From assembly GCA_965207375.1 (NCBI GenBank), contig CBDBMG010000001.1, positions 320,001-384,000 on the forward strand: a DNA stretch of 64,000 bases, read 5' to 3'. This document shows, piece by piece, positions 1 through 12,550 of this stretch. The notes beneath the pieces were generated by a model that did not search any database, had not been told where the DNA came from, and saw only the letters and a program-made list of their open reading frames with translations. How positions within the stretch are numbered: position 1 is the first letter of the stretch; every line of letters begins with the position of its first letter. This stretch comes from Nitrosopumilaceae archaeon. GTDB lineage: Archaea; Thermoproteota; Nitrososphaeria; Nitrososphaerales; Nitrosopumilaceae. The translations under genes and the position numbers were made by a program.

Positions 1-395
1 TTATCACAAAAGGGTCTAACAAACATTAGTAATATTGCACTTATTGTATAGTATTATGGCTGGTCCGATGATAGTTCCAATGGTCCGATAATATGACCTT
101 CCGATTTTAATCTTTTTCGAGCTGTAGCTCTAACACGGAGAAACAAATTAGGATGAAACTTTGCATATACATTCAGCAGCAGGTATACTTGCTATGTAGC
201 AAAGAAAATTTCAAATAATTATTATGGACTGTGCAAACGAGCGTCCGAATATGCATGCCGTCCGATAATATGTCACTTACTCTATATTACAAGAATATTT
301 ACAAAAGTTGAGATTCCTGATTCCAGAATCTTTACAAACCATCGACGTGATTCGGAATTGTGTTGGTGAGTCATACCCCTAGCCGCAGTAGCATA

Positions 396-488
396 TAGTC
401 TCCCTAGCCAGACCGCTTTTTCTTCTTTTATGTTGGGACGGGAAGAACCAATATAAAAGAAGAAAAAGCGGTCTGGCTAGCGAGACTA
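396..488. mobile_element. Small hairpin MITE with TAGTCTC...GAGACTA termini
   Basis: Inverted arms tagtctccctagccagaccgcttttt / aaaaagcggtctggctagcgagacta; related termini recur near 842, 17456-17793, 21049-21126 and 55757-55777. Confidence 0.7.
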
Positions 489-2382
489 AGTAGCCTACAA
501 ATTGATACAACCATATAGATTGTTAAGAATCCATGATAACTGGTTCATCTGCAGCACTACCTTGTCTAAGCTTGATACACGCGTGAGTCGGTGACATCAC
601 ACCCTGTGTTATCTAACTGTGGTACCGTGACTGAATATTTAAGCGCCTTTACAAATAAATAAATCTATCACGTGATGATGTAATGACATCACCAAATGAC
701 GGAGGTACCCAGTACTGACTGTAGTCTTGCTTGTGGATTGCGGAGCTCAAGTAACATGATGGCAGCGCATCTAACTAGTAGTAGTATGATATTTTGAATA
801 TGGTATGTTTCCTTTCTGTGGTAGCTAGCTATATCACTGAGTAGTCTGGCATAGCCAGACCCTTGGATTAGACCGCGCGAGACAGCGGAATAGGAATGTT
901 TTTGGAATTGGGAGGGCCAAAAGTGAGCGCTACTGACTGATAGTGTGCGAAGCACACTCAACATGCATAGCATGCTCCTACTAGGGGGTCTGGGGCATGC
1001 CCCCAGGAAAATTTCGAAAAATAGATGCTCCAGGCTGAGATGCACTTTTGCCTGTAGCTATATCAGCTATAGATAACCTGAAACTAAGTAAATTTACCAA
1101 ACAGGGTTAACTACAATGCTCCTATCAATAATATCATTTGTAACATTGTCAAGATTTCTAGTTAACAACAATAGCATACTGACTTTACAGTGACTCATAT
1201 ATAGCTATATCAATGATTAAAGTGCTTTAGAAATTTCCAAAGTAACCAATTCTTCTTTCATTTCTTCTTACAAATTCCTTGGCTACATCATTAAGATCCA
1301 TTTGATCTGTCTCTTTAAGATGCACATGCAATAGAGGACTCCAGCCGTTGTTTCTTAGAACTTGAAGCTGAGGTTGCATGACTTGAAGTCATGATTAACT
1401 GTAGCTCCACTTTTACAACTTGACATTAATACATGAGGTTTTAAATAGTTTAGCTATATGTACTCACACAAACAAGTAACACTGAAAGGTACACCGCTAA
1501 ACATTTATTGATTATCTGCTGTAACAATGGCTCATTATAGTAAAAGAAACACTTAATATGAATACTATTACCCTAAGCATAGACATTCGTGATCATGACC
1601 TAGAGGGATTAGCTAACAAAACTGTGTATATTGAATTACTCTAGCTACCAGTTCTAGATGATTCTGTACAAAATTATTAAAGCTAACTGCATTATTATGA
1701 TTGATGAAAAACCTTATGACATTAATATTATGTACACCTCATGATTGTCACTCCAGGGGAGCCAGGCCCCCTCTCTAAATATCGGAGGGCCCACTGCCCC
1801 CTGGCCCCGGTGTCAAAAAAAGGCTGCCGTGCAATATATATCAGTTTCAATACCAGCTCAGCTTTCTAGATCTCATGCAGCCATGCATTCCTTTTATAAC
1901 TGAACTTGTGAGTTACGCAGAACGAGTCACTATCATAATATACTCGGAGCCCGCAATCACAGCATGTAGCCTGAAGATTTTTTGATCTACCTATAGCTAG
2001 CATATACGTAAATCTAAATTAGCTAATCGGATAATGTGGAGACGGTGTATATAGCTATATATTGTGCAATCATCATACTGAACTATAGCTAGGCTATCTA
2101 CGTATAGTCCCATAAGGTACGTAGTAAACAACGCAGCCTAGCATTTCGTAGGCAACAAGATGGCTTAACATTTGCTAGATACATATATATAGTAGTGCCA
2201 TGATGTTATCATCATCATTATCAGGCATGGCTACTAGCTAGCTATCTATATGTATAGCTATCCCTATTGACTCTACTCCAGCAAAAATGATAGCTAGCTA
2301 GCTACATGTTTGTTGTAATGATGTAGAACCCCATGCACATATAGCTATGCATGTATGTATGCCGCACTGACAACATGAATGC

Positions 2383-2480
2383 ATGCATGTACACACATAC
2401 AGACACACACGTGCGCACGCATACATACACACATGCACATATACACAGACGCGCACATACACACATGCGCACACACAGAG
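2383..2480. repeat. Imperfect (CA)n/(CATA)n microsatellite
   Basis: Runs such as acacacatacagacacacacgtgcgcacgcatacatacacac; explains the spurious ORFs 2302-2532 and 2383-2580. Confidence 0.85.
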
Positions 2481-3368
2481 CTATATAGCTACGTATATGG
2501 TTTGTATGCTCCTTATAAGTATGGGTTTGCATGTGTATAGCTACATACCATGCATATGCACTATAGTTGAGTTTGCATGAACTTCATAGCCAATGACCCT
2601 ACAGTATAGCTATACGTAGCTATTTACATAACTGATATATATAGCTATAAATCTGCTTGTATCGTAGGTCACCACATTTTGAAACCTTGTATAAATAAAC
2701 TCATATTACAGATGTGGCCTAGCTGTTATACCCAGTCCTGCCAAAACATTTCATTGTATCTAGGATATTATCATCATGTAACTATAAAATAATGGAGTAG
2801 CTATAATAATAATAACTTCTGTGCCTAACTGGTAAAGTTAATTCATAATAAACTCTTCTAAGTTTATAACAAATCAATGCAATCATTACAGTGATAATGA
2901 TATAGTGATATCATGAAAACAGATTAGATCAATTAGTGGATAGACAATATTATGATTAATGGTTAACTGCCTGGAAGTGATTATAGCTAACTGGCTTTCT
3001 CATACGTAATACGTAAATCCTTTTCTTGTTACCAAATAAGATCCTTTTGCATGATACTGCATGTGGAAGTACAAATTCCCATAACAGTGTGTAATATTCT
3101 TAGAAAATAGATATTATGTATCACAGTGGCATGTATAACTAAGTTTATACTATGGATAGTGGTTTAGTTATACCATGGTGGTTTAAATTAATTATACCAA
3201 TTATAGCTATACCATGGGAGCATATATAATGTGTGAATATACAGCACATTTCAATAAAAAATGCAGCTACAAAGAGGTGCGATAAAAAACATGTTTACTA
3301 TTAATAGAGCAAAGGACTGTCCAGCTTAGCTATATCACACTCACTCGTGTGATAGCTATCATTTTTAT

Positions 3369-4080
3369 TATAGTGCACCAAGGCATGTACTTGGGAAAAT
3401 GAAATATTTTATGTTTTGTTATTTTTTGAGAAAATTATCAGCATTACACTTATCTAATTAGTGCATTTGTGTAGACACTTATTAAATCTACTCAGGCAAT
3501 ATCTGGTTGCTATGGAAACAACCCTTAATTATCGAATATTTCAATTTTACTGATTTTTGGTATTTTTATATCTAGTTAATGACATTGCATTTAATCTGAT
3601 AAAACTGCATATCTGTAGGTGTATTTTCAATATGACTATATTTCTTACAGAGCAAATCTTAAAATATTTGTTTGATTTCAAAGATATAATTAATAATGCT
3701 ATTTTTAGGCTATTTTCTAAAATCGTTACTGTTCCCACAATGTCCCATAAATGAAAATGTAGTTACTGGTATGAGATACATAAAGGTATACACAAAACTT
3801 CTTACTAAGAATATTTGAAATTTTAATCAAAGCATCAAGTGGAGAGAGCTAAATGTCAAAATAGTACCAAAAAATCAGTAAATTTCTAAAAAGTGCCCAC
3901 CAGCAACCAACAGAAAACCACAGAAATGCAATATAAATACCACATAATTTTGTAGTTATTTATTTCTTAATCACAAAAAGATATAATGTGAAGCCATTAA
4001 TATCATCATGTTTACAGTAGAGTTGAAATAGTGATGTTTTAAAAAATGCTTTTCCCAAGTTTATGCCTTGGTGCACTATA
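3369..4080. mobile_element. Non-autonomous TIR element (about 710 bp), TA-flanked
   Basis: Terminal inverted repeats tatagtgcaccaaggcatgtacttgggaaaa / ttttcccaagtttatgccttggtgcactata; no coding capacity. TA flanks suggest the Tc1/mariner superfamily (inference). Confidence 0.75.
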
Positions 4081-4116
4081 TCTCCCAGTGCGTGGGAAGA
4101 TCAAAGAAGCCGCCAG

Positions 4117-4160
4117 GGAGATATTATAGTTATCACAATGTGATAACTATAATATCTCCC
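4117..4160. repeat. Perfect palindrome, arms of about 21 bp
   Basis: gggagatattatagttatcaca-a-tgtgataactataatatctccc. Confidence 0.85.
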
Positions 4161-4508
4161 TACCCAGAAACCTTTAAGGTTGTAGTTTTAACACCTCTTC
4201 ACAGCTGCTAATAACAAAGTTTGAACAAACAAACACCTTTCGTGACAAACGATCTAGTACAAGCGAACAAGCTTTGTGAGAGATAAACAAGTTATATCCC
4301 ATTCACTCGTATCAGTGGTATCCTTGTTATTAACACTTAAACTCAGCTGTGCCTCGGTCTCGTGTAATAACAAGGATACCATACTCGTTCTGGGGTATAA
4401 CTAATACTTAATACTCTCCTATATCACACTCGTGTAGTGTGATGTAAAATACATATTTATAAGGTATAGCCAGTTATAGCTATTCAGACAAAGTGTGGTT
4501 GGTGACAA

Positions 4509-4787
4509 ATGGTGACAAAGACTAGTTGTGAACCCACTTGCTGCAGTCCCTATGGCTGGCGAATGATTTATCAGTACATGGTGCTCGGCCTACCCTATTG
4601 TGTAGTAGCTGAAAACCTTGCATGGTTTCGATGCTTCAGTTTGTCAAATAACAGCTACAGTTATTTAAATGCACTGGTTCAGTGTGTATGGAGTATTGCA
4701 ATGAAAACATTGATCAAAATGACTGACATTGTAAAATTTTATATACTGCAGCCGTTGCTAAATTGTCCAGGCATCTATACCAGCTAA
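4509..4787 (+). mobile_element. Degenerate N-terminal (HTH) part of a Tc1/IS630-like transposase
   Basis: KTSCEP...WRMIYQYMVLG...VAENL...KMTDIVKFYILQPLLNCPGIY follows a recalled pattern of basal-metazoan IS630/Tc1-like transposase N-termini (WRM.YQ...LG....A.NL...PGIYL); frameshifted, no DDE part. Not database-verified. Confidence 0.55.
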
Positions 4788-5669
4788 AATTTGTTTAACC
4801 GGCTATTCAGGCTTCATTGTACATGTGAGGAGTTATTAGGGATCGGAAGGTCACATGTGACACAAACGTGCACAGCAACCAGGGCATCTTCCATAAGCAC
4901 CTATATTTAACAAGCCAGGGCTTCCATAAAATTAACTTTCTTTTCCTGCACAGTAGCTATAGCTAAACTGTAAAAATTTAAATTTTCATGCCATACGGTA
5001 GGTCACATACTTTTATTGTGTTAAGATATTAAGCCCTGATAAGAAAACAGATTTTATCATCAGGGAAATGCACAATTTTCATGAAAGATTGCCGAATCAG
5101 TTTGTGTAGCTAATGATCTGGAAAACAAAGACTTAGGGTAGGAATATCTCCTGTACATTCAGCTAAACTACAAAGTAAGAGAATTACAGCAACTTTTAGA
5201 AGGAAATGTTATCGCTGTTGATGAGTTTGCTGAACAAAAGCTGTAGTTCTGTAGATTCACTTTGTAAGCTATAGTGTAATAAACTTGCAATTGTATAAAA
5301 CAATATAATTGTATATCAATACATAATGGTAGCTAATGACCTGCCTGCCTGCCTGCATTGCATCTTGGATAAAATATTTTACCTTTTATCAACATTTTCA
5401 CCTTTTGTATTAGATATATAGCTAGCTAGTTGGTATTAAGATGCATGTAACCTGTGCTGTATAGCTGGGAAGTTGGAGAGTGAAAAGTTTGGTGTATTTG
5501 GAAAATCATCTGTGATTCATCAAACCAAAACTTATTACCTTATACTGAATAATATATCGTGACCAAACTCTTCTTCACCAAATACTCATAAGAGTAAATT
5601 TGCCAAACTTTCCTCCTATAGCTACAGTAGTAATTTATTTATGATACTGTTTTGTATGTATCTTTATAG

Positions 5670-5738
5670 GGACTGGTGGTGTGGAGTCAACAGACATTTC
5701 CACCAATTGCTCCTAGTGAAGTGGAAGGCTGCAAATAG
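5670..5738 (+). pseudogene. Truncated paralog of Ig-gene exon 2 (GLVVWSQQTFPPIAPS, then unrelated sequence and a stop)
   Basis: Acceptor tttatag at 5663-5669; near-identical to 10973-11020 up to cctagt (5717), then homology is lost abruptly, with no donor and TAG at 5736-5738. Confidence 0.8.
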
Positions 5739-7000
5739 GATGATGAATTCTGTAAATTTCTTGATAAAGAAAAACTATTATCTGGTAGATGATGGGGTTA
5801 ACAAAAAATGATCACTGTATATTAACCAAATCAAACGTTTGTTGATATTAGCAACAATGTGCAATGAGACAGTACCTATAGCAATCTGTGTGTTCTCTAG
5901 TCACCTCCAATTGCTACTCAGCTTTTCTCGTCTCTGTGACTCCACTTCAAAGAGTTCCTACATACATGAATCATGAGCAGATCCTCGCTTTGTATCTCCT
6001 TATAGCTTCAGCATCCTTGCTATCTCGCTATACTCTCAGTTCTTCCACTTCTGAGAGAGCTTTTTTTAATTGGAACTATAACAAACTTATAAATTGATGA
6101 TGTAATGGTAATAATAGCACCTTCAATTCCTCAGTTGTTTGTTCATATCTTGATTGCCACTGTAGCTCAGTATCTGATCATAACTTATCGATAGCTGCCT
6201 GAACCGTGGACTAGTATCAATATCATTTTATCATCAGTAGCTTCATGCAAATCTTGTGTCTCTAGCTACCTGTTGCTCTAAGTGGCTATTTACCTCTTCC
6301 AATCAGTTTAGCTTGCAGCTCCCGCTTTGCCTTTAAAGGAACCACAAGCAATAAAATTGTTTAAAAGCCTATGATTATAATAACCTGATCGTATTTTATA
6401 GACCTCTAATTCACTAATGGGAGTGTACTTTGCTAAAACCTCTTCCTAAAAATGGCACAGCTGTTAATTGCTAATTTTAAAACATTGTTATCATAGACAT
6501 AAAGTAGTATAAACACTGATACGTATGTAGGAGAATAAATGGAAGGTTAATGGGAGGAAGCATCTGATAAAGACACTTTGAATATAATAATAGCTTTTAA
6601 CATCTCAGCCTGTTACTGGCTGGCTTATTACAGCTGTATATTTAGTAAACAATACAGCAATAGCTAACTAAAAATTCTTGCAATATTATCGTGTGTGCCA
6701 TGTGGAACCTTTAGTGCATGCAAGCTTTTTGTTGGCCTTTTCCAAGTGATGATGCACCTGTTAGAGATAAATGAGTTAATCTACATATAGAATGAAATTA
6801 ATGATCAAATGTAGCATTAAAATTTTGTTGACGCTACAAGTGATGACTCACACCTTTTCCTTTTCTCTAAGTTCTGTTTTGCCTAGAGGACAGTTGGCTT
6901 CTAGATCTTTCACATTCTATAAGAGAAAGTTCCATTTTCCGTTTTCATTACACTGAAAGTAACGGTGTACCTCTCTTGAGAGATTCTACTCCATTATAGC
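5718..7000 (-). pseudogene. Decayed multi-exon coiled-coil gene fragment, ANKRD26/CCDC144-like C-terminal region
   Basis: Short AG..GT-bounded minus-strand exons read EEVLAKYTPISELEVYKIRS, KAKRELQAKL/EEVNSHLEQQ, DTELQWQSRYEQTTEELK, FQLKKALSEVEELRV*RDSKDAEAIRRYK, ELFEVESQRREK. Their order parallels recalled ANKRD26 sequence (YKQEIEERARQEIVEKLKEVNLFLQ...ELEKYKQLYLEELKVRKS). Contains stops and frameshifts. Confidence 0.55.
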
Positions 7001-7418
7001 CTTTAGAACTATTGTAGCTAGCTAATTGTGTGTTAGTGACTATGTGTACTTTGAATGAATGTTCTAAGTATTACACAGATGAAAACATCACGTAGAATAC
7101 TGTTAATGTTAAGTTATTGCCATGTTATTGGTTGATTATAAGTGAGTTACCTTACATGCTGTATCACTTACCTATATAATTACCTTTTATGGGAACATAA
7201 AAAATTGTTTTGTAATGGTATAACTTACAGCCACTACAGAGGCCAACTTGTTGGATAATTGTAATCATGTCATCACTTATTTCCATTAAATAATTGAGAT
7301 AACATGAATTAACTGACATATTACGGTATATATGTAGCTAATTAGTATAGCTACCTATAGCTTATGTAAATTCTTTGAAAAATCTTTTGTTAGGTCAAAG
7401 TTCATATATATAGCTTAC

Positions 7419-7446
7419 TATAAAAAGAATATAGCGGACATCAGTG
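7419..7446 (+). promoter_or_regulatory. Putative core promoter of Ig gene 1 (TATA box and Inr-like TCAGT)
   Basis: tataaaaag at 7419-7427, tcagtg at 7441, ATG at 7513; the same block is conserved upstream of gene 2 (20776-20810). Confidence 0.5.
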
Positions 7447-7512
7447 ATTAAGGTAGTTGTAAAGATCGACAGCATTAGCTATAGCTATACCTGTGGGACT
7501 TAAGAAAGGAAA

Positions 7513-7557
7513 ATGTTGTTAATTTGCTGTGTGATTGTGGCAGTCATTCAATCTAAG
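7513..7557 (+). CDS. Ig gene 1 exon 1, signal peptide MLLICCVIVAVIQSK
   Basis: aaaATG, 15 mostly hydrophobic codons and an aag|gtacc phase-0 donor that joins in frame to ALVVWS-QQ of exon 2. Confidence 0.65.
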
Positions 7558-8086
7558 GTACCATATAAATTGCTTTCTGTATTAGTGCTGGTAAGACAGC
7601 TATGAGGTAGCAACATCTCTATTTCTGTCATATAGCTATAGCTGGCTGAATGTAAGTTATATGTATAATTTATAATTGCATAGTGTGGAGTAAACAGATA
7701 TCTGAAGTTCCACCATGCAGTGCTCATCTCAACATGTGTTATATGCATTATAGTCGAGTTTGCATGAACTTCATAGCCAATGACCCTACTGTATAGCTAC
7801 ATAGCTATGTATATATCTGATATATAGCTAGCTATAAAGCTGCTTGCATCGTTAGATCATCACATTTTGAAACCTTGTGTTCATATATTACAGATGTGGC
7901 ATAGCTGTCATACTCATGCATGCAGTCCTGGGAAAGCATTTCAATTGTATCTAGGCCTTTGGGAAGTCCTGGTGGGACATTACAGTCCTGCTTTGGATGG
8001 ACAATATTATAGCAGTAAGTTAAATAAACCAGAAAGTGGCACAATTTCCAAACCACTATACCAACTAGCTACGTAGCTATAACAAT

Positions 8087-8850
8087 CTGGACCTGGTGCA
8101 CATGCAGAGTGAAACATTACTCTTACAGCAGAGCACCTGTCAAGTCAACTGAACTCATAGGCAGATGAGGAGTCCAGGATGGCAAAGAACCGCTACAACT
8201 GGAAATGCAACTATAGGCTGTATTTCTACAGATAGAGTCAGTAATGGACCTAGTGGAGGTGGACTTGTTTGCATCTCATCTAACAACACAGCTTCCCCAC
8301 TTCTACAGCTGGAGACCAGATCCAGAAGCAGAGGTAACAGATGCCTTTATGCATGCAGGATTGGACAACTTGTCGGGGATTTGCCAACCCACTGTGGTGC
8401 CTGATACATCATTGCCTCACCAAGGTGACAAAGCAAGCAGCACATGTAGTATTAATAACACCATTGTGGAAAACCCAGTCATGGTTCCCAATGGTACTAG
8501 AACTTCTGGAGGACTACCCTAGAAAGATCCCGCAATGACAGGATCTAGTGTCAATGCTGGTGGGACAAGACTTTCTGATGCAACAAGGAGTACCTCAGGT
8601 CAGTTGTCTGCCCTATCTCAGGGAATCCTATATGCATCATGAGGACTTTCTTCATCAGCTTTGGATCTCATGCTTGTGTCATAGAGGGACAAAGCCAATT
8701 CCAACTACCTGTATGGTTCCTCCTTCTCTAGATGGTCTAGCTGATGTCGACAAAAGGGTCGAGATCCCTTTTCAGGACTTATAGAGGGTAAATTTTTTGA
8801 CCAGTATTTTTTAAGAAGACTAGCTACCAGTATCCAGCACACATGCTATC
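8087..8850 (+). mobile_element. Degenerate DIRS1-type (tyrosine recombinase) retrotransposon fragment: end of RNase H, methyltransferase-like domain, start of recombinase ORF
   Basis: ITLTAEHLSSQLNS.ADEESR, then VDLFASHLTTQLPHFYSWRPDPEAEVTDAFM/QDWTTCRGFANPLWCLIHHCLTKV...LITPLWKTQSWFPMVLELL, matching the DIRS1 DLFAS...DAF...W...ANPPW...P.W..Q.W signature. Frameshifted; lies in gene 1 intron 1. Confidence 0.85.
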
Positions 8851-9699
8851 TACAAAGAGCTAATGGATAGGGACTGCATGCTCCTTTTATAGGCACAACA
8901 CATTTTTACGTAAATCTTATGACTCTTCAAAATGGCTGTAATATCCTTGTAATTATGCCAATTACATATTGATATTTCATTTCACCTTCTTCATGTAATT
9001 ATAAGTACGTAGCATGCAGGTACCTTGTGCCCTGAACCATTCGCAAATGACATCTTGTACCCTAAACCATTTACAATTGTTGCACTAATGTAATGGCTAT
9101 ACAGGATTACACCTGTTTGTTTGGCATTCATCATGCGCATCATTACTAAGGATATGCCCACATCATAATATTGATGGAAAATGTTATATGAAGGAATTGA
9201 AAAGTAGCAGAATTTGTTTAACTGACTAATCAGGCTTCATTTTACATGTGAGGAGTTATTGGAAGCTCACACACTATGTAAACATGCACAACGACCAGGG
9301 TACATTCCATAAGCGCCCATATTTCTTCCATAAAATCTGTCAACTTTCTTTTCCTGTACAATATAGCTAAACCATAAAATTTAATTACCATTAAATTTTC
9401 ATGCCATACGGTAGGTCACGTAGCTACTTTGATTGTGTTAAGGTAATAAACTCTAATGAGAAAACAGATTTTATCATCAGAGAAATGCACAATTTTCATG
9501 ACAGATTGCATCAGTTGGTGTAGCTAATGAAGGTAAAATTTAAGGAAGAATTTAGTTTGCAGGTATACGTATGCTGAAAACTTTGGAGTTACATGTAGGG
9601 TATTTTTCTGGAAAACAATGCACAAAGTACTGGTTAATGTGTCTTGATAGATCTGCCAATGAAGAAGTGAAACCCCACATCCTACTATGCTGTGATGCT

Positions 9700-10000
9700 T
9701 GAAAATCTAGAAGGAATCTGGCAAACGGTCTGAGAATTGCATTCTGGAACAAATCAGTTTGTGCATGAGTAAGTGCCAACAAGCAGAAGACGACATTGAT
9801 GACTTAGTGAAAGTTCTTAAAGAAAACATGTGTCTAAATATTCTATACCTCAGCATGAATGATTTTCTCAGGAAACCACAAAGGCAGCAATGATCCTCCA
9901 AAATTTCCGGTATTGCATCAAAGATGGAGAAAGCTCCCTAGCAGATGAAATATCTACATTTGCCCAAGCATTTAAACCACAGGTTTCTATATCAACTGCT
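9700..10000 (+). pseudogene. Decayed ribonuclease-inhibitor-type LRR fragment (possible NLR remnant)
   Basis: One frame reads SLCMSKCQQAEDDIDDLVKVLKENMCLNILYLSMNDF, fitting LxLxxCxLxxxxxxxLxxxLxxNxxLxxLxLxxN; flanked by stops and frameshifts. Confidence 0.4.
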
Positions 10001-10312
10001 AATAATTCCTCAGTGGTTGTTAACCAGACTACTCCACCTAAATCTCTGGGCACTAGGGTAGAATATCTCCTGTGCATTCAGCTAAACTACAAAGTAGGAA
10101 TTAAGAGAATTATAACAACTTTTAGAAGAAAATGTTAGCACTGCTGATACAAAAAGCTGGAGTTCTAGATTCAATTTAATTTGCAAGCTAGTGTAATAAA
10201 CTTGCAATTGTACGTTTAAACAATTTGTATATTATAATGGTAATGACCTGCCTGCCTGCATTGCATCTTGACATGATTTCAACAAATAGTGGCCTATAAA
10301 ATATTATAAGTT

Positions 10313-10420
10313 ATAGTTATATCACAGTACGAGTATGATATCTTAGTTATTACACGAGTCCAAGGCGAAGCCGAGGATGAGTGTTAATAACTAAGATATC
10401 ATACGAGTGTACTGTGATGG
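10313..10420. mobile_element. Palindromic MITE terminus (tagttatatc... hairpin family)
   Basis: gtatgatatcttagttattacac...gtgttaataactaagatatcatac around an aggcgaagccgagg core; related hairpins at 4290-4402 and 40440-40545. Absent from the 5370-5390 paralogous position. Confidence 0.6.
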
Positions 10421-10972
10421 GTTTATATTCCAATCCTTTGTTGCAGTAATTTACAAACACATGTAGTTTTAGTACTACAAATAGGTGCAACTTTCTTTGA
10501 AATTTTTCTCACTGGATGATAACTACCCAGCTGGATTATAACTACCCCAGCTGGATGATAAATGATAACTACCAGGAAGTAGTTATCATCCAGTGGTATT
10601 GTAGTTATCATCCAGCACTTTCCTTTGATGTATGGCTTTATTGGAATATAATATTTACTTATAATATATAAACATTTTTACCTTTTGTGAGTAGCTGTAC
10701 GTATAATAATTATATAGCTAATTGGTATTAAGATACATGTAACATGTGCCGTATAGCTGGAAAGTTGGAGAGGAAAAGTTGACAAATTGTCTGTGATTCA
10801 TCAAACTAAACCATCCATTTTTATGTATAATTATAATTACTTTCTCAGCTGAATATATCCATTCACCAAACTCTTCTTCACCAAACGCTCATGAGAGTAA
10901 ATCCGCCCAAACTTTCCCACCATACAGTAGTAATTTATTCATGATTATTGTTTTGTATGCCATCCTATATAG

Positions 10973-11048
10973 GCACTGGTGGTGTGGAGTCAACAGACAT
11001 TTCCACCAATTACTCCTAGTTTTCCTCCTCCTCCAACATCTAATCATG
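10973..11048 (+). CDS. Ig gene 1 exon 2, signal peptide end and Pro-rich linker (ALVVWSQQTFPPITPSFPPPPTSNH)
   Basis: tatatag acceptor, 76 nt, g|gtatag phase-1 donor; a paralogous 76-nt exon lies at 23006-23081. Confidence 0.8.
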
Positions 11049-11393
11049 GTATAGTCAAATTGTAGCTATATTATAATCAGCAGTACAATATTACTGTCAA
11101 TATCGTGACATTTATTACTCATAAACATTTGAATTTTATAGTACCAGTAAAATATTTCATCCTATGTTCACAACTATAGTGCTTGACTGTTAACTAAAAC
11201 TGATATTGTAATAATATCGATTATAATGATATGATATATCGTAACATGAAATTTTTACTATTGCCCATCCCTAGCTGATAGACAACCACTTAAAGCTGAT
11301 ACATTAATTTATAAATTCTTAATTATTTGTTGTAGTAGCTATAACATTTATTTGACTGCTTTGCTTATTTGATTAAGCTATTTGTCTTGTTAG

Positions 11394-11702
11394 GTGTTCC
11401 TCCAGACATTGATGAGGGACCATTTATATCACAGCCACTCGATGTTTTGCCTGGAGACATGACAGTCAGCATAGGAACTCCTGTATATGTTGTTGATGGA
11501 TTTAATGTTACTATTGTCTGTAATATTATTAATGGAACAAGCCCAATTACCATTATGTGGCTTCGTAATGGAGCACCTTATGCTGCTGGAGGAAATATAT
11601 CTACTATTACAGTAACTGATTATAATGATAGTGATGTCTTCACTTGTAGAGCTGATAATATTGTAGGATTTGACGTGGAGAGTACTACTATAAATGTGTT
11701 TG
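11394..11702 (+). CDS. Ig gene 1 exon 3, I-set-like immunoglobulin domain
   Basis: 309 nt, phase 1-1 (ttgttag| ... |gtaagt); canonical Ig C...W...C: VTIVCNIINGTSPITIMWLRNG...DVFTCRADNIVGFD. Confidence 0.9.
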
Positions 11703-11934
11703 GTAAGTAAATTCCATATTTTATCAATACAAGTTTGATTTGTTATATATAAGTTTGGGTTGGAATGTATGCCTGCCTTAAAGGAGTCTCAGAATGTCTT
11801 TCATGATAATGCGTCTCCAGAAACTTGTGGTAGACTAAGCTTTGGTAGTTTGGATTTTCATACATAATGACAAGAAATTTAACTTGAGATACATCACTTG
11901 TGACAATCGCCAAATTAAAAAAATTAACACAAAT

Positions 11935-11985
11935 CAACAACAGCAACAACAACAACAACAACAACAACAATAATAATAATAATAA
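11935..11985. repeat. (CAA)n(TAA)n microsatellite
   Basis: caacaacagcaacaacaac...aataataataat; explains the poly-Leu ORF 11743-12003. Confidence 0.9.
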
Positions 11986-12107
11986 AAATACCAAAATATG
12001 CATTTAGCATTTATGACAGCTATGTATCTAGCTACTGGGAGTTACAGGGTATTTTCACAACTATGATTAGCTTGTGATTTGGCCTGTAGCTAGCTACTAT
12101 CATTATT

Positions 12108-12381
12108 ACCGTATGGCCTAAACTTTTCGAGGGTGAAAATTTTCGCTGATTTTGAGGTTTTTTTGACCGACCATGAAAATTTTATCCTCAAAATATTTGT
12201 TCTATACTACATTTCAATACTTTACTTCTGCAATCTACAAAAATTTTATCCTCGAAATATTTGCTCTATACTACAATTTAATACTTTACTTCTGCAATCC
12301 ACGAAAATTTTATCACGAAAATTTCTTTTTAAAGGAAAAATCACTCAATCTCAAAATTTTTCACCCTCGGCTATATGGTAT
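12108..12381. mobile_element. TA-flanked MITE (taccgtat...atatggta) inserted in the centre of a foldback element
   Basis: taccgtatggcc...cgagggtgaaaatttt / aaaattttcaccctcggctatatggta; the flanks match the two arms of the 19078-19497 palindrome family. Confidence 0.6.
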
Positions 12382-12550
12382 ATAAAGGTGGCCAAGTGAC
12401 AAAGCCAATCATAGTTGTGATAAACTAGTAAATAATAAAATATAAAATTTCTATTGTTGAACTAGCTAGCTAATAGCCTAAAAATATTTGTCATTCAAGT
12501 AAACAATTAAGCCTCTTGGCCTCATAATTAGTTGATATCACATGACATGC

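Larger units (their letters stand above)
2545..5717 (+). repeat. Older diverged duplicate of the gene 1 intron 1/exon 2 region (about 7740-11020)
   Basis: 2545-2770 matches 7741-7960 (gagtttgcatgaacttcatagccaatgaccctac). 4787-5717 matches 9212-11020 in collinear blocks (caggcttcatt..acatgtgaggagttatt; gagtaaat..gcc.aaacttt; ggtggtgtggagtcaacagacatttccaccaatt). Confidence 0.85.

Noticed and set aside
689-1045. 118-aa minus-strand ORF
   Set aside because: It overlaps MITE termini and the recurrent ggggcatgcccccag repeat motif; no protein-like signature.
10510-10620. Short repeated ggatgataactac units as a possible CRISPR-like array
   Set aside because: Units are irregular, partly inverted and lack unique spacers; eukaryotic context, inside a MITE.
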